A stretch of 63,741 nt of DNA, the filler included, from Chthonomonadaceae bacterium (GTDB taxonomy: Bacteria; Armatimonadota; Chthonomonadetes; Chthonomonadales; Chthonomonadaceae), in the NCBI GenBank assembly GCA_035650735.1. It is 4 parts of 4 records of this genome, joined end to end, with 100 filler letters (N's around TTAATTAATTAA, not from the genome) between each part and the next. Parts side by side here need not be neighbours in the genome. Positions count along the whole stretch, not along the records: positions 30,670 to 57,263 come from DASRGZ010000013.1; 3 more parts are not named here. One strand, written 5' to 3'. Both the position numbers and the translations under genes were made by a program. How positions within the stretch are numbered: the stretch's first letter is position 1; every line of letters begins with the position of its first letter. The notes under the pieces are model-generated. The model was not told where the DNA came from. It did no database searches and worked only from the letters and a program-made list of their open reading frames with translations. Below are positions 38,944 through 48,311 of the stretch, piece by piece.

Positions 38944-40908
38944 ATGCGAGCTCGCGACCTCTTCTTATCTACCCTGTTATTGGGCCTCTTTCTTGCCGCC
39001 TGCGCCACAGCAGCGCGGGCGGCAGGCCCTCCTGCTACCATTCAACTACAGACCACGCGCCTGACCCTGATGGCCGACGGCAAGCAGAGCACCGACCTGC
39101 GCGCGTTCGTGCGCGACAGCAGCGGCCGCCCGGTCGGCAATAATGTCGAGGTGCAGTTCCAGACGACGGCCGGGACCCTCTCGTCTGTGCATGCGCAGAC
39201 CTTCGGCGGCATCGCTACTGTGCGTCTGGTCAGCGCGCCCATACCCGGCATTGCCAAAGTGACTGCGGTGACTGCCGGGGCCAGCAGCGATGTGCTGGAG
39301 ATCGTCTTTACCGACGACCCGGCCGCCCTCTTCGAAGGCAACGCCTATATCTCGGTGTCGGGAAGCGGCTACCTGGCCTATAGCGCCACGGATCGAGTCA
39401 TCGAGAGCCAGGGCAAGAACGGCGGCGCGCGGCTGACCTATCGTAATATCGAGATCACCGCCGACCGCCTGCAGCTTCGTTGTGATGACAACATCATCCG
39501 CGCCCACGATAACATCACCCTCAAGCGCGGCCGGCATGTCGTTCACGCAAGCCGCCTCTACTATAGCCTCCAATCGGCGCAGGGGTATGCCATCGCGGAA
39601 GTGGACAAGAAGCTCATCCCCGTGATCATCTCCGGGGAGAGCCTGAAAGTGGAGCCCAGCCCCACGCCCATCCCCAGCTCCTACATGATGTTCCCGCAGT
39701 TGCAGGTCAAGCTGGTGATCGTGGCGCGCGGCATTACCTACTTCCCTGGCGACCGGCTCCAGTTCCGCCGTCCCCGGTTCTTCCAGGACCAGCAGCAGAT
39801 CATGGCGCTGCCCTACTACGAGCTGGCGCTCAACTCCGCCGAGCTGTTCTCGGATCAGTTTCTCAGCCTGGGAACCAGCGGCTTCGGGCTGGAATTGCCC
39901 TTCTACTATAATCTGACGCCGCGCTCCACCGGCATCGTCTATCTGCGCCACCAGCAGCGCCTCGGGCGCGGCTACTATGCCACCGATCCCGGCTGGTCGC
40001 TGGATGTCATTCAGGGCTATTCCGCCAACGGGTCGCATCGGTATGAGGGCGCGTTCGGCTTCACCGGGCTAACCCGCGGCGATTGGGGCTTCCGCTGGAC
40101 GCACAGCCAGGAGTTCAATTCCACCACGCAGGGAGCCTTCTATCTGGATTTCCCGCATCACGACTCGGTCTTTACCTCCACGAACCTCTCCCAGCAGGGC
40201 CGCGTCCTGCGCTGGGGCACCAACCTGACGGCCGGCCAGACCTTTACCGGCCCCAGCGATACCAGCATCCGTAACGACTTCTACGTGGAGACTCAGCCGC
40301 ACCCCTTCCTGCGCAATATGATGTACACTATCGGCACCAACCTGACCACGGGAAGCGTGCGCAGTTCCGATCTGACCTATACCGAGACGACCGGCAACGT
40401 GGCCATGCGGGCCTTTTCGCACCCGATCAACCTGGATCGGCGCACCACGCTGACCAACTCCTTTACCGTAGGCCATCTCTGGTCTAGTACCGGCGTCTCC
40501 GGCCCGATGACCCTGGCGACCCTGGCCCTGGATCACACCCAGCCCGGAGGCGGCTCGATCAACCTGACCTACGACCTGGTCTTCCAGCCGCGCACGCTCG
40601 ACTCCTCCGGTGGCCGGCACCGCGTCAGCCTGATGTACTCGTTCGGCGGCAACAAGCGCTTTGAGGCTGCCGTGTTTGGCAGCGCCTTTCTCGACTCGCC
40701 GGACGCGAGTTTCCTCGCCGACCTGGCTTACCGACTGGATAATCACTGGCGTCTGCTGCTGTCGGCTACCCTGCAAACCTTCGCCGGGGCCAGCTACCAG
40801 GACATTGAGTTCACCATCGGGCGGCGCATCGGCGCGCGTGAGCTACAGTTGACCTATTCGACTTACAATAAGCGCCTCTCTGTAGACCTTACCGCAACCC
40901 GCTTCTAA
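38944..40908 (+). CDS. Outer-membrane protein: Big_1/invasin Ig domain, OstA/LptD-like region and beta-barrel
   Basis: LMADGKQSTDLRAFVRDSSGRPV...VQFQTTAGTL (Big_1); IEITADRL, ALPYY (LptD-like); amphipathic strands ending in C-terminal Phe (ATRF). Confidence 0.7.
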   Translation: MRARDLFLSTLLLGLFLAACATAARAAGPPATIQLQTTRLTLMADGKQSTDLRAFVRDSSGRPVGNNVEVQFQTTAGTLSSVHAQTFGGIATVRLVSAPIPGIAKVTAVTAGASSDVLEIVFTDDPAALFEGNAYISVSGSGYLAYSATDRVIESQGKNGGARLTYRNIEITADRLQLRCDDNIIRAHDNITLKRGRHVVHASRLYYSLQSAQGYAIAEVDKKLIPVIISGESLKVEPSPTPIPSSYMMFPQLQVKLVIVARGITYFPGDRLQFRRPRFFQDQQQIMALPYYELALNSAELFSDQFLSLGTSGFGLELPFYYNLTPRSTGIVYLRHQQRLGRGYYATDPGWSLDVIQGYSANGSHRYEGAFGFTGLTRGDWGFRWTHSQEFNSTTQGAFYLDFPHHDSVFTSTNLSQQGRVLRWGTNLTAGQTFTGPSDTSIRNDFYVETQPHPFLRNMMYTIGTNLTTGSVRSSDLTYTETTGNVAMRAFSHPINLDRRTTLTNSFTVGHLWSSTGVSGPMTLATLALDHTQPGGGSINLTYDLVFQPRTLDSSGGRHRVSLMYSFGGNKRFEAAVFGSAFLDSPDASFLADLAYRLDNHWRLLLSATLQTFAGASYQDIEFTIGRRIGARELQLTYSTYNKRLSVDLTATRF

Positions 40909-40943
40909 CGCACAGACACAACGGGAACCAACAATCAACAGCA

Positions 40944-40993
40944 AAGGCCGGAACGCGGGGAGGCACGCTCTCCCCGCGTTCCGGCCTTGTTTT
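40944..40993 (+). terminator. Rho-independent terminator
   Basis: AAGGCCGGAACGCGGGGAG-loop-CTCCCCGCGTTCCGGCCTT followed by GTTTT. Confidence 0.75.
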
Positions 40994-41056
40994 GCGCGCT
41001 GCTTACTCGCTATGGCCAGAAGGCCCCGGCTTTAGAGCGTGTACGGTTCCTTCTGG

Positions 41057-41208
41057 CCGCCCACCCCTAAAGAGATAGGCGGTGGACGGCAAGCCCCCTC
41101 CAGGGGGCTTGCCTCCCTTCTGGTAGCCCTGGAGGGGGACTAACCAACCTCTGGCAGCCCGCTTTAGCGGGCTTGCCGCCCACAGCCCGGTCCTTTAGGG
41201 CCGGGCGG
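41057..41208. repeat. REP-like family C palindromes
   Basis: GGCAAGCCCCCT-CC-AGGGGGCTTGCC, AGCCCGCT-TT-AGCGGGCT, GCCCGGTCCTTTAGGGCCGGGC; related fragment near 42512. Confidence 0.6.
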
Positions 41209-41213
41209 AGTTG

Positions 41214-41435
41214 TTAATCCGCCGCTCTATCCTTTGCGCTGGAGTCCTCCTCCTGCGTGGGGCGCAGACCCGGCGGCGCATTGATATGCTTTTCGAGATC
41301 GGGCGGCTTCACGCCGGCCACATACGCGATACTGCTGTTGGTTTGATCGAGAATTTTTAAGCTGAGCAAAGTAAGTATGCTCAGAACGACCAGGCAAGCA
41401 ACAACAACGATAGCGGGACTGACTTCTCTGTTCAT
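41214..41435 (-). CDS. Small single-TM hypothetical protein following DUF1559 gene
   Basis: MNREVSPAIVVVACLVVLSILTLLSLK...; RBS AAGGA. Confidence 0.7.
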   Translation of the reverse strand: MNREVSPAIVVVACLVVLSILTLLSLKILDQTNSSIAYVAGVKPPDLEKHINAPPGLRPTQEEDSSAKDRAAD

Positions 41436-41518
41436 CGCAATATCTACAGTCCTTCTGCAACTGAGTATAGACTTATAGCCTTGATAGAGTACAGCGCGCA
41501 CGGTTCCCTGGGCTAGTC

Positions 41519-42289
41519 TTATTCGATGGTGTTGTCTATGACGAGCCACTTGAGCCGGGCCGGGTTGATGTCGGCGATCACCTGGCACCAGGCGTCCGGC
41601 GGGGGCGGCGTGCCGTCCGGGACCAGTGACCGGGTGCGATACCACTTCGCGTGCCCGTCTGCCAGGGAGACATTGGTGCCCCCCTGGTGCCGATCCGAGA
41701 GGGTATCCCCCGTGCCGTTGACGACGATAGGCTCCCCACACTGGTCGACACGCGCGTTCCAGTTGGACGAGAGATAGCCGCGATAACCCTGAGCCGTCTC
41801 GCCGGGAGAGCTATCGGCGAAGAGCACGACATGAACCGGCCTGGCTATCTGGGCCAGGCTGACGCGTATGGGACGACAATCGGTGTCATGGCAGAACAGC
41901 CAGCCGCCAAAGTGGTTGTTGTAGCCGATGGAGAGCCAGCCGCGCTCTCCCCAGGTGCCGCTCCACTGAGAGCGCCCTGCGCTAGGGCAGAGGACGATCT
42001 GATGATTGCGCGCGTAGGGCTGGAGCATCGCCGACCAGATAGGCGTGACGCTCCCCGCCCTGGCATCCACATCCTCGACATAGCCCGGAAAGACTTCGTC
42101 GGCATCCTGAACATAGAGCAGCATCGCCGTGCTCAGTTGCCTCTGGTTGGACAGACAAGCCGCCGCGCGGGCTTTCTCGCGGGCTTGCCCGAACACCGGG
42201 AACAGCAGCGCGGCCAGGATGGCAATCACGGCGATCACCACTAGCAGCTCAATCAGCGTGAATCCGTCCGCTCTGCGGGTATCCATCAC
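41519..42289 (-). CDS. DUF1559 prepilin-type protein with H-X9-DG motif
   Basis: [33 protein letters not shown] and [17 protein letters not shown]. Confidence 0.92.
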   Translation of the reverse strand: MMDTRRADGFTLIELLVVIAVIAILAALLFPVFGQAREKARAAACLSNQRQLSTAMLLYVQDADEVFPGYVEDVDARAGSVTPIWSAMLQPYARNHQIVLCPSAGRSQWSGTWGERGWLSIGYNNHFGGWLFCHDTDCRPIRVSLAQIARPVHVVLFADSSPGETAQGYRGYLSSNWNARVDQCGEPIVVNGTGDTLSDRHQGGTNVSLADGHAKWYRTRSLVPDGTPPPPDAWCQVIADINPARLKWLVIDNTIE

Positions 42290-42382
42290 GGAAGGGGTCT
42301 CCGGCAGTGCGACGCCTGCATAGCATCTTGCGGGGGACGCCGGCCAATCAACACAATGCGCCCGCCATTCTTGGCGAGGAAG

Positions 42383-42419
42383 GTCTCAATCCTCACCCGG
42401 CCCGGAGGCCGGGTGCTAA
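42383..42419 (-). CRISPR. Solitary CRISPR-like repeat (37 bp), no array
   Basis: Minus strand TTAGCACCCGGCCTCCGGGCCGGGTGAGGATTGAGAC: stem CACCCGGCC/GGCCGGGTG and a 3' end one base from ATTGAAAC. Confidence 0.7.
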
Positions 42420-42443
42420 GGAGCTCTCTCCGGGGGTGCTTCC

Positions 42444-42472
42444 ATTATAGAGGCGGCACGGCAGCCTGTCAA
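42444..42472 (-). promoter_or_regulatory. Consensus sigma70 promoter
   Basis: Minus strand TTGACA (42472-42467), 17-nt spacer, TATAAT (42449-42444). Confidence 0.85.
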
Positions 42473-42752
42473 GCACAATTTTAGCCTTGCCATGCCATAT
42501 GGCATCCGGCTTCGCCCAACCCTAAAGGTATGGACTGCGGGCGGTCTTGTTAGCGGTTCTAAAGCCGGTAGGGCTTGCAGGCGGATAGCTCGGAAGGGTG
42601 GGGAATAAAGGCATTGGGAGACGTAACCGCTTTCTGAGGTCGGTTCCCTGTTGCCAACCGATATTCAGAAAGCCTTCTGTGCCGGGCGGAGGGCCGTAGA
42701 GAGCGCAGAAGCGTTGTCTGGCGCCAACGGGGGCGTCTCCCGAAGCCTTTTG

Positions 42753-43379
42753 TTATCGCAAGGCTGCCTGAGCTACACCGCGTTTCCAGGCGGGGCGCCT
42801 GGCCTCATAGGCGGCAATGTCGTCCGCGTGCTGCAGGGTCAGGCCGATGTCGTCCAGACCGTGGAGCAGGCAGTGGCGGCGGAACGGGTCAACCTCAAAC
42901 GGCGCCGAAAAGCCCTGGTTATCGGAAACCGTCTGCGCCTCCAGATCCACCGTGACCTGGTAGCCCGGCACCGTCTTGGCGCGCTCCATCAGCAGGTTCA
43001 CCGTCTCCTCAGGCAGCCGCACCGGCAAAATCCCGTTCTTGAAGCAGTTGTTATAGAAGATGTCGGCGAACGACGGGGCGATAAGTGCCCGGAACCCATA
43101 GTCGAGCAGCGCCCAGGGAGCATGCTCCCGAGAAGAGCCGCAGCCGAAGTTCTTGCCTGCCAGCAGGATCGGCGCGCCCTGATAGCGCGGGTCGTTCAGT
43201 TCAAATTCCGGGTTGGGCGTCGTGCCATCGTTCAGATAGCGCCAATCAAAGAACAGAAACTTTCCAAAGCCCGTGCGCTCGATGCGCTTGAGAAACTGCT
43301 TCGGGATAATCTGATCGGTATCTACATTCACCCGATCCAGCGGGGCCGCAACCCCGGTCACACGAACAAAAGGCTCCAT
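42753..43379 (-). CDS. leuD: 3-isopropylmalate dehydratase small subunit
   Basis: [38 protein letters not shown]. Confidence 0.97.
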   Translation of the reverse strand: MEPFVRVTGVAAPLDRVNVDTDQIIPKQFLKRIERTGFGKFLFFDWRYLNDGTTPNPEFELNDPRYQGAPILLAGKNFGCGSSREHAPWALLDYGFRALIAPSFADIFYNNCFKNGILPVRLPEETVNLLMERAKTVPGYQVTVDLEAQTVSDNQGFSAPFEVDPFRRHCLLHGLDDIGLTLQHADDIAAYEARRPAWKRGVAQAALR

Positions 43380-43478
43380 AGCTCTCCTCGATTTCCGACC
43401 GTGCCCAGCTTGTTGGCGCCAGCTTCTGCCTTTCCCTTTCCGCCAGGCGGAGGGTCACGCCAACAGGGGAACGTGGCT

Positions 43479-44879
43479 CTACTCCCAGTCGCGGATGTCC
43501 ACCAGATGCCCGGCGATGGCGGCAGCGGCGGCCATCTGTGGGCTGACCAGGTGCGTGCGCCCGCCCTTGCCCTGGCGGCCCTCAAAGTTGCGGTTGGATG
43601 TGGAGGCGCAGCGCTGGCCCGGCTGCAAGATGTCGGGATTCATCCCCAGGCACATAGAGCAGCCCGCCTCGCGCCAGTCGAACCCGGCCTCCTGGAAGAT
43701 CCGATCCAGTCCTTCGGCCTCAGCCTGCCGCTTCACCGCCGCCGATCCCGGCACCACCATCGCGTGTACGTGTGGGTGCACCTTCCGGCCCCGGGCGATG
43801 GCGGCGGCGGCGCGCAAGTCCTCGATGCGCCCGTTGGTGCAGGAGCCGATGAAAACCTTGTCTAGCTCAAGGGACTGCATCGGCGTGTGCGGCTTCAGGC
43901 CCATGTACTCCAGGGCGCGCTCGGCGGCGCGGCGGTCCGACTCGGAAGGGAACTCCTCGGGCGCGGGCACCGCGCCGGTAATCGGGACGACCATGCCAGG
44001 GCTGGTGCCCCAGGAGACATAGGGGGCGATCTCCGCGCCGTCCAGTTCTACCAGCGCGTCGAACTGCGCGCCGGGGTCGGTGGGCAGGGCCTTCCACTCG
44101 GCCAGGGCTGTCTCCCACTCCGCGCCCTTCGGGGCAAACGGACGGCCCTCCAGATACGCAAAGGTCTTCTCATCCGGGGCGATCATGCCGGCGCGTGCGC
44201 CCGCCTCAATGCTCATGTTGCAAACGGTCATGCGACCTTCCATCGAGAGCGCCCGGATCACCTCGCCGGTATACTCCACGACATAGCCGGTGGCGCCGTC
44301 CGTACCGATCTTGCCGATGATCGCCAGGATCACGTCTTTGGCGGTGACGCCCCGGCCCAGCCGACCGTTCACTCGTATCTCCATCGTCTTAGGCCTGTCC
44401 TGCGGCAGGCACTGCGTCGCCAGCACATGCTCGACTTCGCTGGTGCCGATGCCGAAGGCCAGCGCGCCGAACGCGCCGTGCGTGCTCGTGTGGCTATCAC
44501 CGCAGACGATGGTCAGCCCCGGCTGAGTCAGGCCCAGCTCCGGCCCGATGACGTGGACGATGCCCTGCCGCGCGCTGTGCAGGTCGTAGAGGGTGATGCC
44601 GAACTCCCGGCAGTTGCGCGCCAGCGTCTCCATCTGAAGCTTCGAGATAGGGTCGGCGATGGGCAGGGAGCGGTCGGTGGTGGGAACGTTGTGATCCATG
44701 GTGGCAACGGTCAGATCGGGGCGGCGCACCTTGCGCCCGCTCATCCGCAGCCCGTCGAACGCCTGCGGCGACGTGACCTCATGCACCAGATGCAGGTCAA
44801 TATAGAGCAGCGCGGGCTTTCCCGGCTCCTCCCGCACCACATGCGCGTCCCATATCTTTTCAAACATTGTTTTGGGCAT
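43479..44879 (-). CDS. leuC: 3-isopropylmalate dehydratase large subunit
   Basis: [57 protein letters not shown]. Confidence 0.98.
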   Translation of the reverse strand: MPKTMFEKIWDAHVVREEPGKPALLYIDLHLVHEVTSPQAFDGLRMSGRKVRRPDLTVATMDHNVPTTDRSLPIADPISKLQMETLARNCREFGITLYDLHSARQGIVHVIGPELGLTQPGLTIVCGDSHTSTHGAFGALAFGIGTSEVEHVLATQCLPQDRPKTMEIRVNGRLGRGVTAKDVILAIIGKIGTDGATGYVVEYTGEVIRALSMEGRMTVCNMSIEAGARAGMIAPDEKTFAYLEGRPFAPKGAEWETALAEWKALPTDPGAQFDALVELDGAEIAPYVSWGTSPGMVVPITGAVPAPEEFPSESDRRAAERALEYMGLKPHTPMQSLELDKVFIGSCTNGRIEDLRAAAAIARGRKVHPHVHAMVVPGSAAVKRQAEAEGLDRIFQEAGFDWREAGCSMCLGMNPDILQPGQRCASTSNRNFEGRQGKGGRTHLVSPQMAAAAAIAGHLVDIRDWE

Positions 44880-44907
44880 AACTTTTCCTCCTGGCAGCTA
44901 CACCTAT

Positions 44908-44937
44908 AGTATATCCTCCAACCCCTCCCTTCGTCAA
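44908..44937 (-). promoter_or_regulatory. Putative sigma70 promoter of leuCD
   Basis: Minus strand TTGACG-N18-TATACT, upstream of RBS AGGAGG. Confidence 0.55.
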
Positions 44938-45093
44938 AGAGCGAGTTTCTATGCGATTTATAGGCAGCACCTATGGTACAGCAATAGCCTGGGTTAGCCC
45001 TCACAGCAAAAAGGGCATCAAGTAGCGGATATGCGCGAGTTCTTCGGCAGCCCATTCGGTGGCGGCAGCCGCCAGGCGCGCATCCGCCTGCCT

Positions 45094-45336
45094 CTATCCC
45101 TCCTCTGCCGCCGGGAACTTGCGGAAGGGGCCGCTCCGCACCAGTTTGACCGGGCAGCCTTCGATCTGTTGGGGCAGATCCCGCCTGATCTCCGGGTCGT
45201 CCGTATTCAGGTAGATCGCCAGAACGTACTGGCCTGTCGGATCTTGCTCCACGCCCACGCCGACAACGCCCGGCTTGCTCAGAAGCTGCGCAGCATGGCG
45301 GCGTTTCACTTCCCGAGCCTCTGCTTCCGAAGCCAT
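45094..45336 (-). CDS. 80-aa protein resembling the N-terminal prodomain of the adjacent protease
   Basis: RBS GAAGGAG; PGVVGVGV...LPQQIEGCPVKLVRSGPFR. Confidence 0.75.
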   Translation of the reverse strand: MASEAEAREVKRRHAAQLLSKPGVVGVGVEQDPTGQYVLAIYLNTDDPEIRRDLPQQIEGCPVKLVRSGPFRKFPAAEEG

Positions 45337-45427
45337 GATCGCGCTCCTTCCTCACGCCTTCCGTGGCCGCAAAGAGTTTGTACCAGTCCGGCTCGTTGCG
45401 GCATAATCGCGCTCCCTCCTTGCGCCT

Positions 45428-46474
45428 TCAGGCCAGCGTGACGTTCAAGAGGCTGAGCGCCGTCTCGATGGGATTGGCTATCGTATGGCTGGAGGAGCCG
45501 GCAAACAACAGTCCCACGGCCTGCCCGGTGCTGCGCTCCACTATCAAGGAGCCGGAATCGCCGGCATCGCTAAAGGGCTGATTATTCAGGCCCACGACGA
45601 GCATCTGCCCCGCAAAAACGTACTGACCTGTGTCGTAATCCACCTTGACATCCGCGTCCGCGCTGACAATATGGCCGACGGTATAGCTGGTCGTGCGCCC
45701 AAACTTATGGACGACCATATCTATAGCGGCGGCGGTGGTGCCTTGCGGCGGGCCGATCTCAAGAATCGCATTGGTCACCAGCGAATTGTTGAGTGCCCGC
45801 GCGATGGCGCAGTCGGCCTGGTTGGTGCCGTCGGTTTGCAGCGGCACAAAACGGGTCAGCGTGGCTATCTTGTCCCGCCTTACCCTGCCGCCATCCAGCA
45901 ACCCCGGCTGATAAATGGGCGAGCCTAGCGGCAACTGGTTCTCATCGGCAAGGACATGGTTATTGCTTAAAATGTACTGTGCGCCCTGATCGTCTCGCAC
46001 CAGCGCGCCGAAGGTGCCGGCCATGACGAAGCGGCGCTTTGGGTCTCTGAAGCCGATGGAGCATCCCGGCGGAGCGGGCCGGAGCCGGGCGCGCGGATTG
46101 GCGACCGCCGGAGGCGCCGCGACCAGACGGCGCAGACGACCGACCTGCTCGACGTCGGTAACCAGCCCATCTACGACTTTGGGCAGCCGTTCTCGGGCGG
46201 CGATCTGCGCGTCGGGATATTTGACCTGCACCAGAAACTTGAGCGCCGGGATGCCGGTAGGCTTACCGCGAGTCACCTTCTCGCCGATAGCCACGCCCAC
46301 CACATTCTGATCAGGGGTGGGGCCGGGCAGGATGCCGCCCATGCGCGCCGCCGGTTCGGTCGGGCGCAGCAATCGCGCCGACCATTCCCTTTTGGCGGCT
46401 TGAAACGCCTCGCGCCTCTGGGCCAGGGCGGTGAAAAGTGCCTGCTGCGCTCCCGTTTCCTGTCTCATTGCCAT
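45428..46474 (-). CDS. Trypsin-like (NAL1-like) serine protease
   Basis: GTFGALV, ILSNNHVLA (His), IYQPG, ADCAIA (Asp), KFGRTT, GDSGS (Ser), VGLLFAG; RBS AAGGAGG; no signal peptide. Confidence 0.85.
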   Translation of the reverse strand: MAMRQETGAQQALFTALAQRREAFQAAKREWSARLLRPTEPAARMGGILPGPTPDQNVVGVAIGEKVTRGKPTGIPALKFLVQVKYPDAQIAARERLPKVVDGLVTDVEQVGRLRRLVAAPPAVANPRARLRPAPPGCSIGFRDPKRRFVMAGTFGALVRDDQGAQYILSNNHVLADENQLPLGSPIYQPGLLDGGRVRRDKIATLTRFVPLQTDGTNQADCAIARALNNSLVTNAILEIGPPQGTTAAAIDMVVHKFGRTTSYTVGHIVSADADVKVDYDTGQYVFAGQMLVVGLNNQPFSDAGDSGSLIVERSTGQAVGLLFAGSSSHTIANPIETALSLLNVTLA

Positions 46475-46579
46475 ACCTCCTTGTGGGGTTGAATGCCGAT
46501 AGGCCGCAGCGGCGGAGACGCCTCTGCGCCAGGGATGGGCCGCATGGGAAGAAGTGCTCTGCCTGTAGCGCTCGCGCCC

Positions 46580-47371
46580 TCAGGCTCTGGCGGCTTTGAG
46601 GAGAATACGCTGCCAGGTGAAGCCGATATCTCCGTCCGGGCGGGAGGCGATCTGGAAGGCGCGGACGGCGGACTCCGGCGCGGTCTCAAACTGCCGGCGC
46701 ACGGCGGCGGCCTGCTCTGGCGTACAGCCTGCCTTCGTCAGCCATGCGCCCAGGACAATAGGGATGCCGCCGCCCGCGCTGGACAGATGTTCGAGGGTCA
46801 ACCCGGCATCGGCGACGAACTGCCGCCACTCGCGCGGCGTGTAGTTGCGAACGTGAGACGGGTCGCGCAGGGCCTCCACGCCGTTCTGCCAGGCATCTGT
46901 TTCCGGGGCATCGTCGGGAACGCAGGTATCGGCCAGCAGCAGGCGCCCGCCCGACTTCAAGACCCGCGCCGTTTCCGAGAGGAACTGCGGCACGGAAAGG
47001 AAGTGGTGCGGCGCGATGCGGCAGGTGACGAGATCGAAGGTCGCATCGGGAAAGGGCAGGCTCTCCGCAGCGCCCTCCTGGAAGGTGATGTTCTTTATGC
47101 CCTGCGTCTCGGCCCGTGGCAGCGCCTGCGCCAGCATTCCCGGCGATACATCCAGCCCGACCACCGAGCGCACGCGCGGAGCAAAGGCCAGCGCCGTGAA
47201 GCCCGTGCCGGTCGCGACATCCAGCGCGATATCCGTAGGGCGGCAATCGGCGTTCGCCAGCAGCCAGCGCAACGACTCGTCGCTCCAGGCGCTCCACTGC
47301 GTGTCGTAGTGCTCCGCCTGCCGGTCGAACTGCTCTTGGGCCGTGCGTCTTGGGATAGGGGCGTTGGTCAT
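46580..47371 (-). CDS. Class I SAM-dependent methyltransferase
   Basis: ALDVATGTG, AESLPFPDATFDLVTCRIAPHHF, RDPSHVR. Confidence 0.9.
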   Translation of the reverse strand: MTNAPIPRRTAQEQFDRQAEHYDTQWSAWSDESLRWLLANADCRPTDIALDVATGTGFTALAFAPRVRSVVGLDVSPGMLAQALPRAETQGIKNITFQEGAAESLPFPDATFDLVTCRIAPHHFLSVPQFLSETARVLKSGGRLLLADTCVPDDAPETDAWQNGVEALRDPSHVRNYTPREWRQFVADAGLTLEHLSSAGGGIPIVLGAWLTKAGCTPEQAAAVRRQFETAPESAVRAFQIASRPDGDIGFTWQRILLKAARA

Positions 47372-47407
47372 GATAATCAGAATTCTCCTCTCTAACCTCA
47401 CCCACAA

Positions 47408-47440
47408 TGGCACCGTACCCCTCAGAGGGGTACGGTGCCA
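47408..47440. repeat. Perfect 33-bp palindrome
   Basis: TGGCACCGTACCCCTC-A-GAGGGGTACGGTGCCA. Confidence 0.8.
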
Positions 47441-47548
47441 CTATCACAAGGGAATGAACTCCCTCGCTCGGTGGCGTTCCGCCCCTTGCAGTCCGAAGGC
47501 CACACAGCGAAGGGCTTTAGCCCGTCGTCGAGAGAAACCGGCTCATAT

Positions 47549-47773
47549 CTACTCGGCATCCATATCGCCGCCGAGCAGGGCGCGCGCCTGCTTGAGCTTA
47601 TCCGCCGCCGTATCGCCGCGCTGCTTGAGCTTCTCAATCTCCTCCATCGGCAGGTAGATCTTGTTGGCGCCCTCCAGATCCACCCCGGTTAGCTCCAACA
47701 CGATCCAGCCCTCCGGCGACGATTTACCTTGATACGTGGTGGTGAAGCGCATACGGCTCTTCGGGAACAGCAT
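47549..47773 (-). CDS. Small hypothetical protein, 74 aa
   Basis: RBS AGAAGGAGG before ATG; MLFPKSRMRFTTTYQG... Confidence 0.7.
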   Translation of the reverse strand: MLFPKSRMRFTTTYQGKSSPEGWIVLELTGVDLEGANKIYLPMEEIEKLKQRGDTAADKLKQARALLGGDMDAE

Positions 47774-47874
47774 GGCGAACCTCCTTCTATAGCCTACGAC
47801 ACCCTCCAATTCTCCACGACGGCGCGATTCGCCTGCTGAGTTCCCGATTTCACCTGAGTCCTCCCTGTATGGGG

Positions 47875-47971
47875 CGCACCCCTCGCATGAAAACGTCTCT
47901 CCCCGGTTTGAGCTCCGACCCTTCGACAGGGAGGGGAGCGCCGCACCCCTCGCATGAAAACGTCTCTCCCC
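47875..47971. repeat. 30-bp direct repeat, two copies
   Basis: CGCACCCCTCGCATGAAAACGTCTCTCCCC at 47875 and 47942. Confidence 0.8.
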
Positions 47972-47986
47972 TCTCCCGCAGCGTGG

Positions 47987-48140
47987 ATCGCCAGGCGGAG
48001 GGGTGTCGCAAGGCAGAGCCGTGTCGCCAGGTGTCGCAAGGCGGAGGCAAGGGCCGTAACCTTGCCGACCCTGGCAGTGGCCCCAACCATGGTAGCCCCG
48101 ACCCTTGCAGTCCATTGCAGGCCCGACCCTGGCAGTGGGG
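47987..48140. repeat. REP-like family B, inverted relative to 27013-27136
   Basis: Near-identical reverse complement block. Confidence 0.8.
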
Positions 48141-48192
48141 ACAGGGGGAGAGGGCAATCCGGGCTTGGACGAGATAGAACGCTCGGCTCGCA

Positions 48193-48222
48193 TTGACAAA
48201 GATAGTTCTCGTGCGCTATACT
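48193..48222 (+). promoter_or_regulatory. Putative sigma70 promoter
   Basis: TTGACA-N18-TATACT upstream of the Lrp gene. Confidence 0.6.
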
Positions 48223-48311
48223 AGGCGGAGCGGAACCGGTACGAGAAGGGCGCCGTCCGCCAGCGTCAATTGGCGTACTTTATAGAGTTGGGGACCGCTG
48301 TTGAACCCGGC

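Noticed and set aside
44880..45090. Leucine attenuator or T-box upstream of leuC
   Set aside because: No Leu-rich leader peptide or T-box motif seen; the likely promoter is too close to the start codon.
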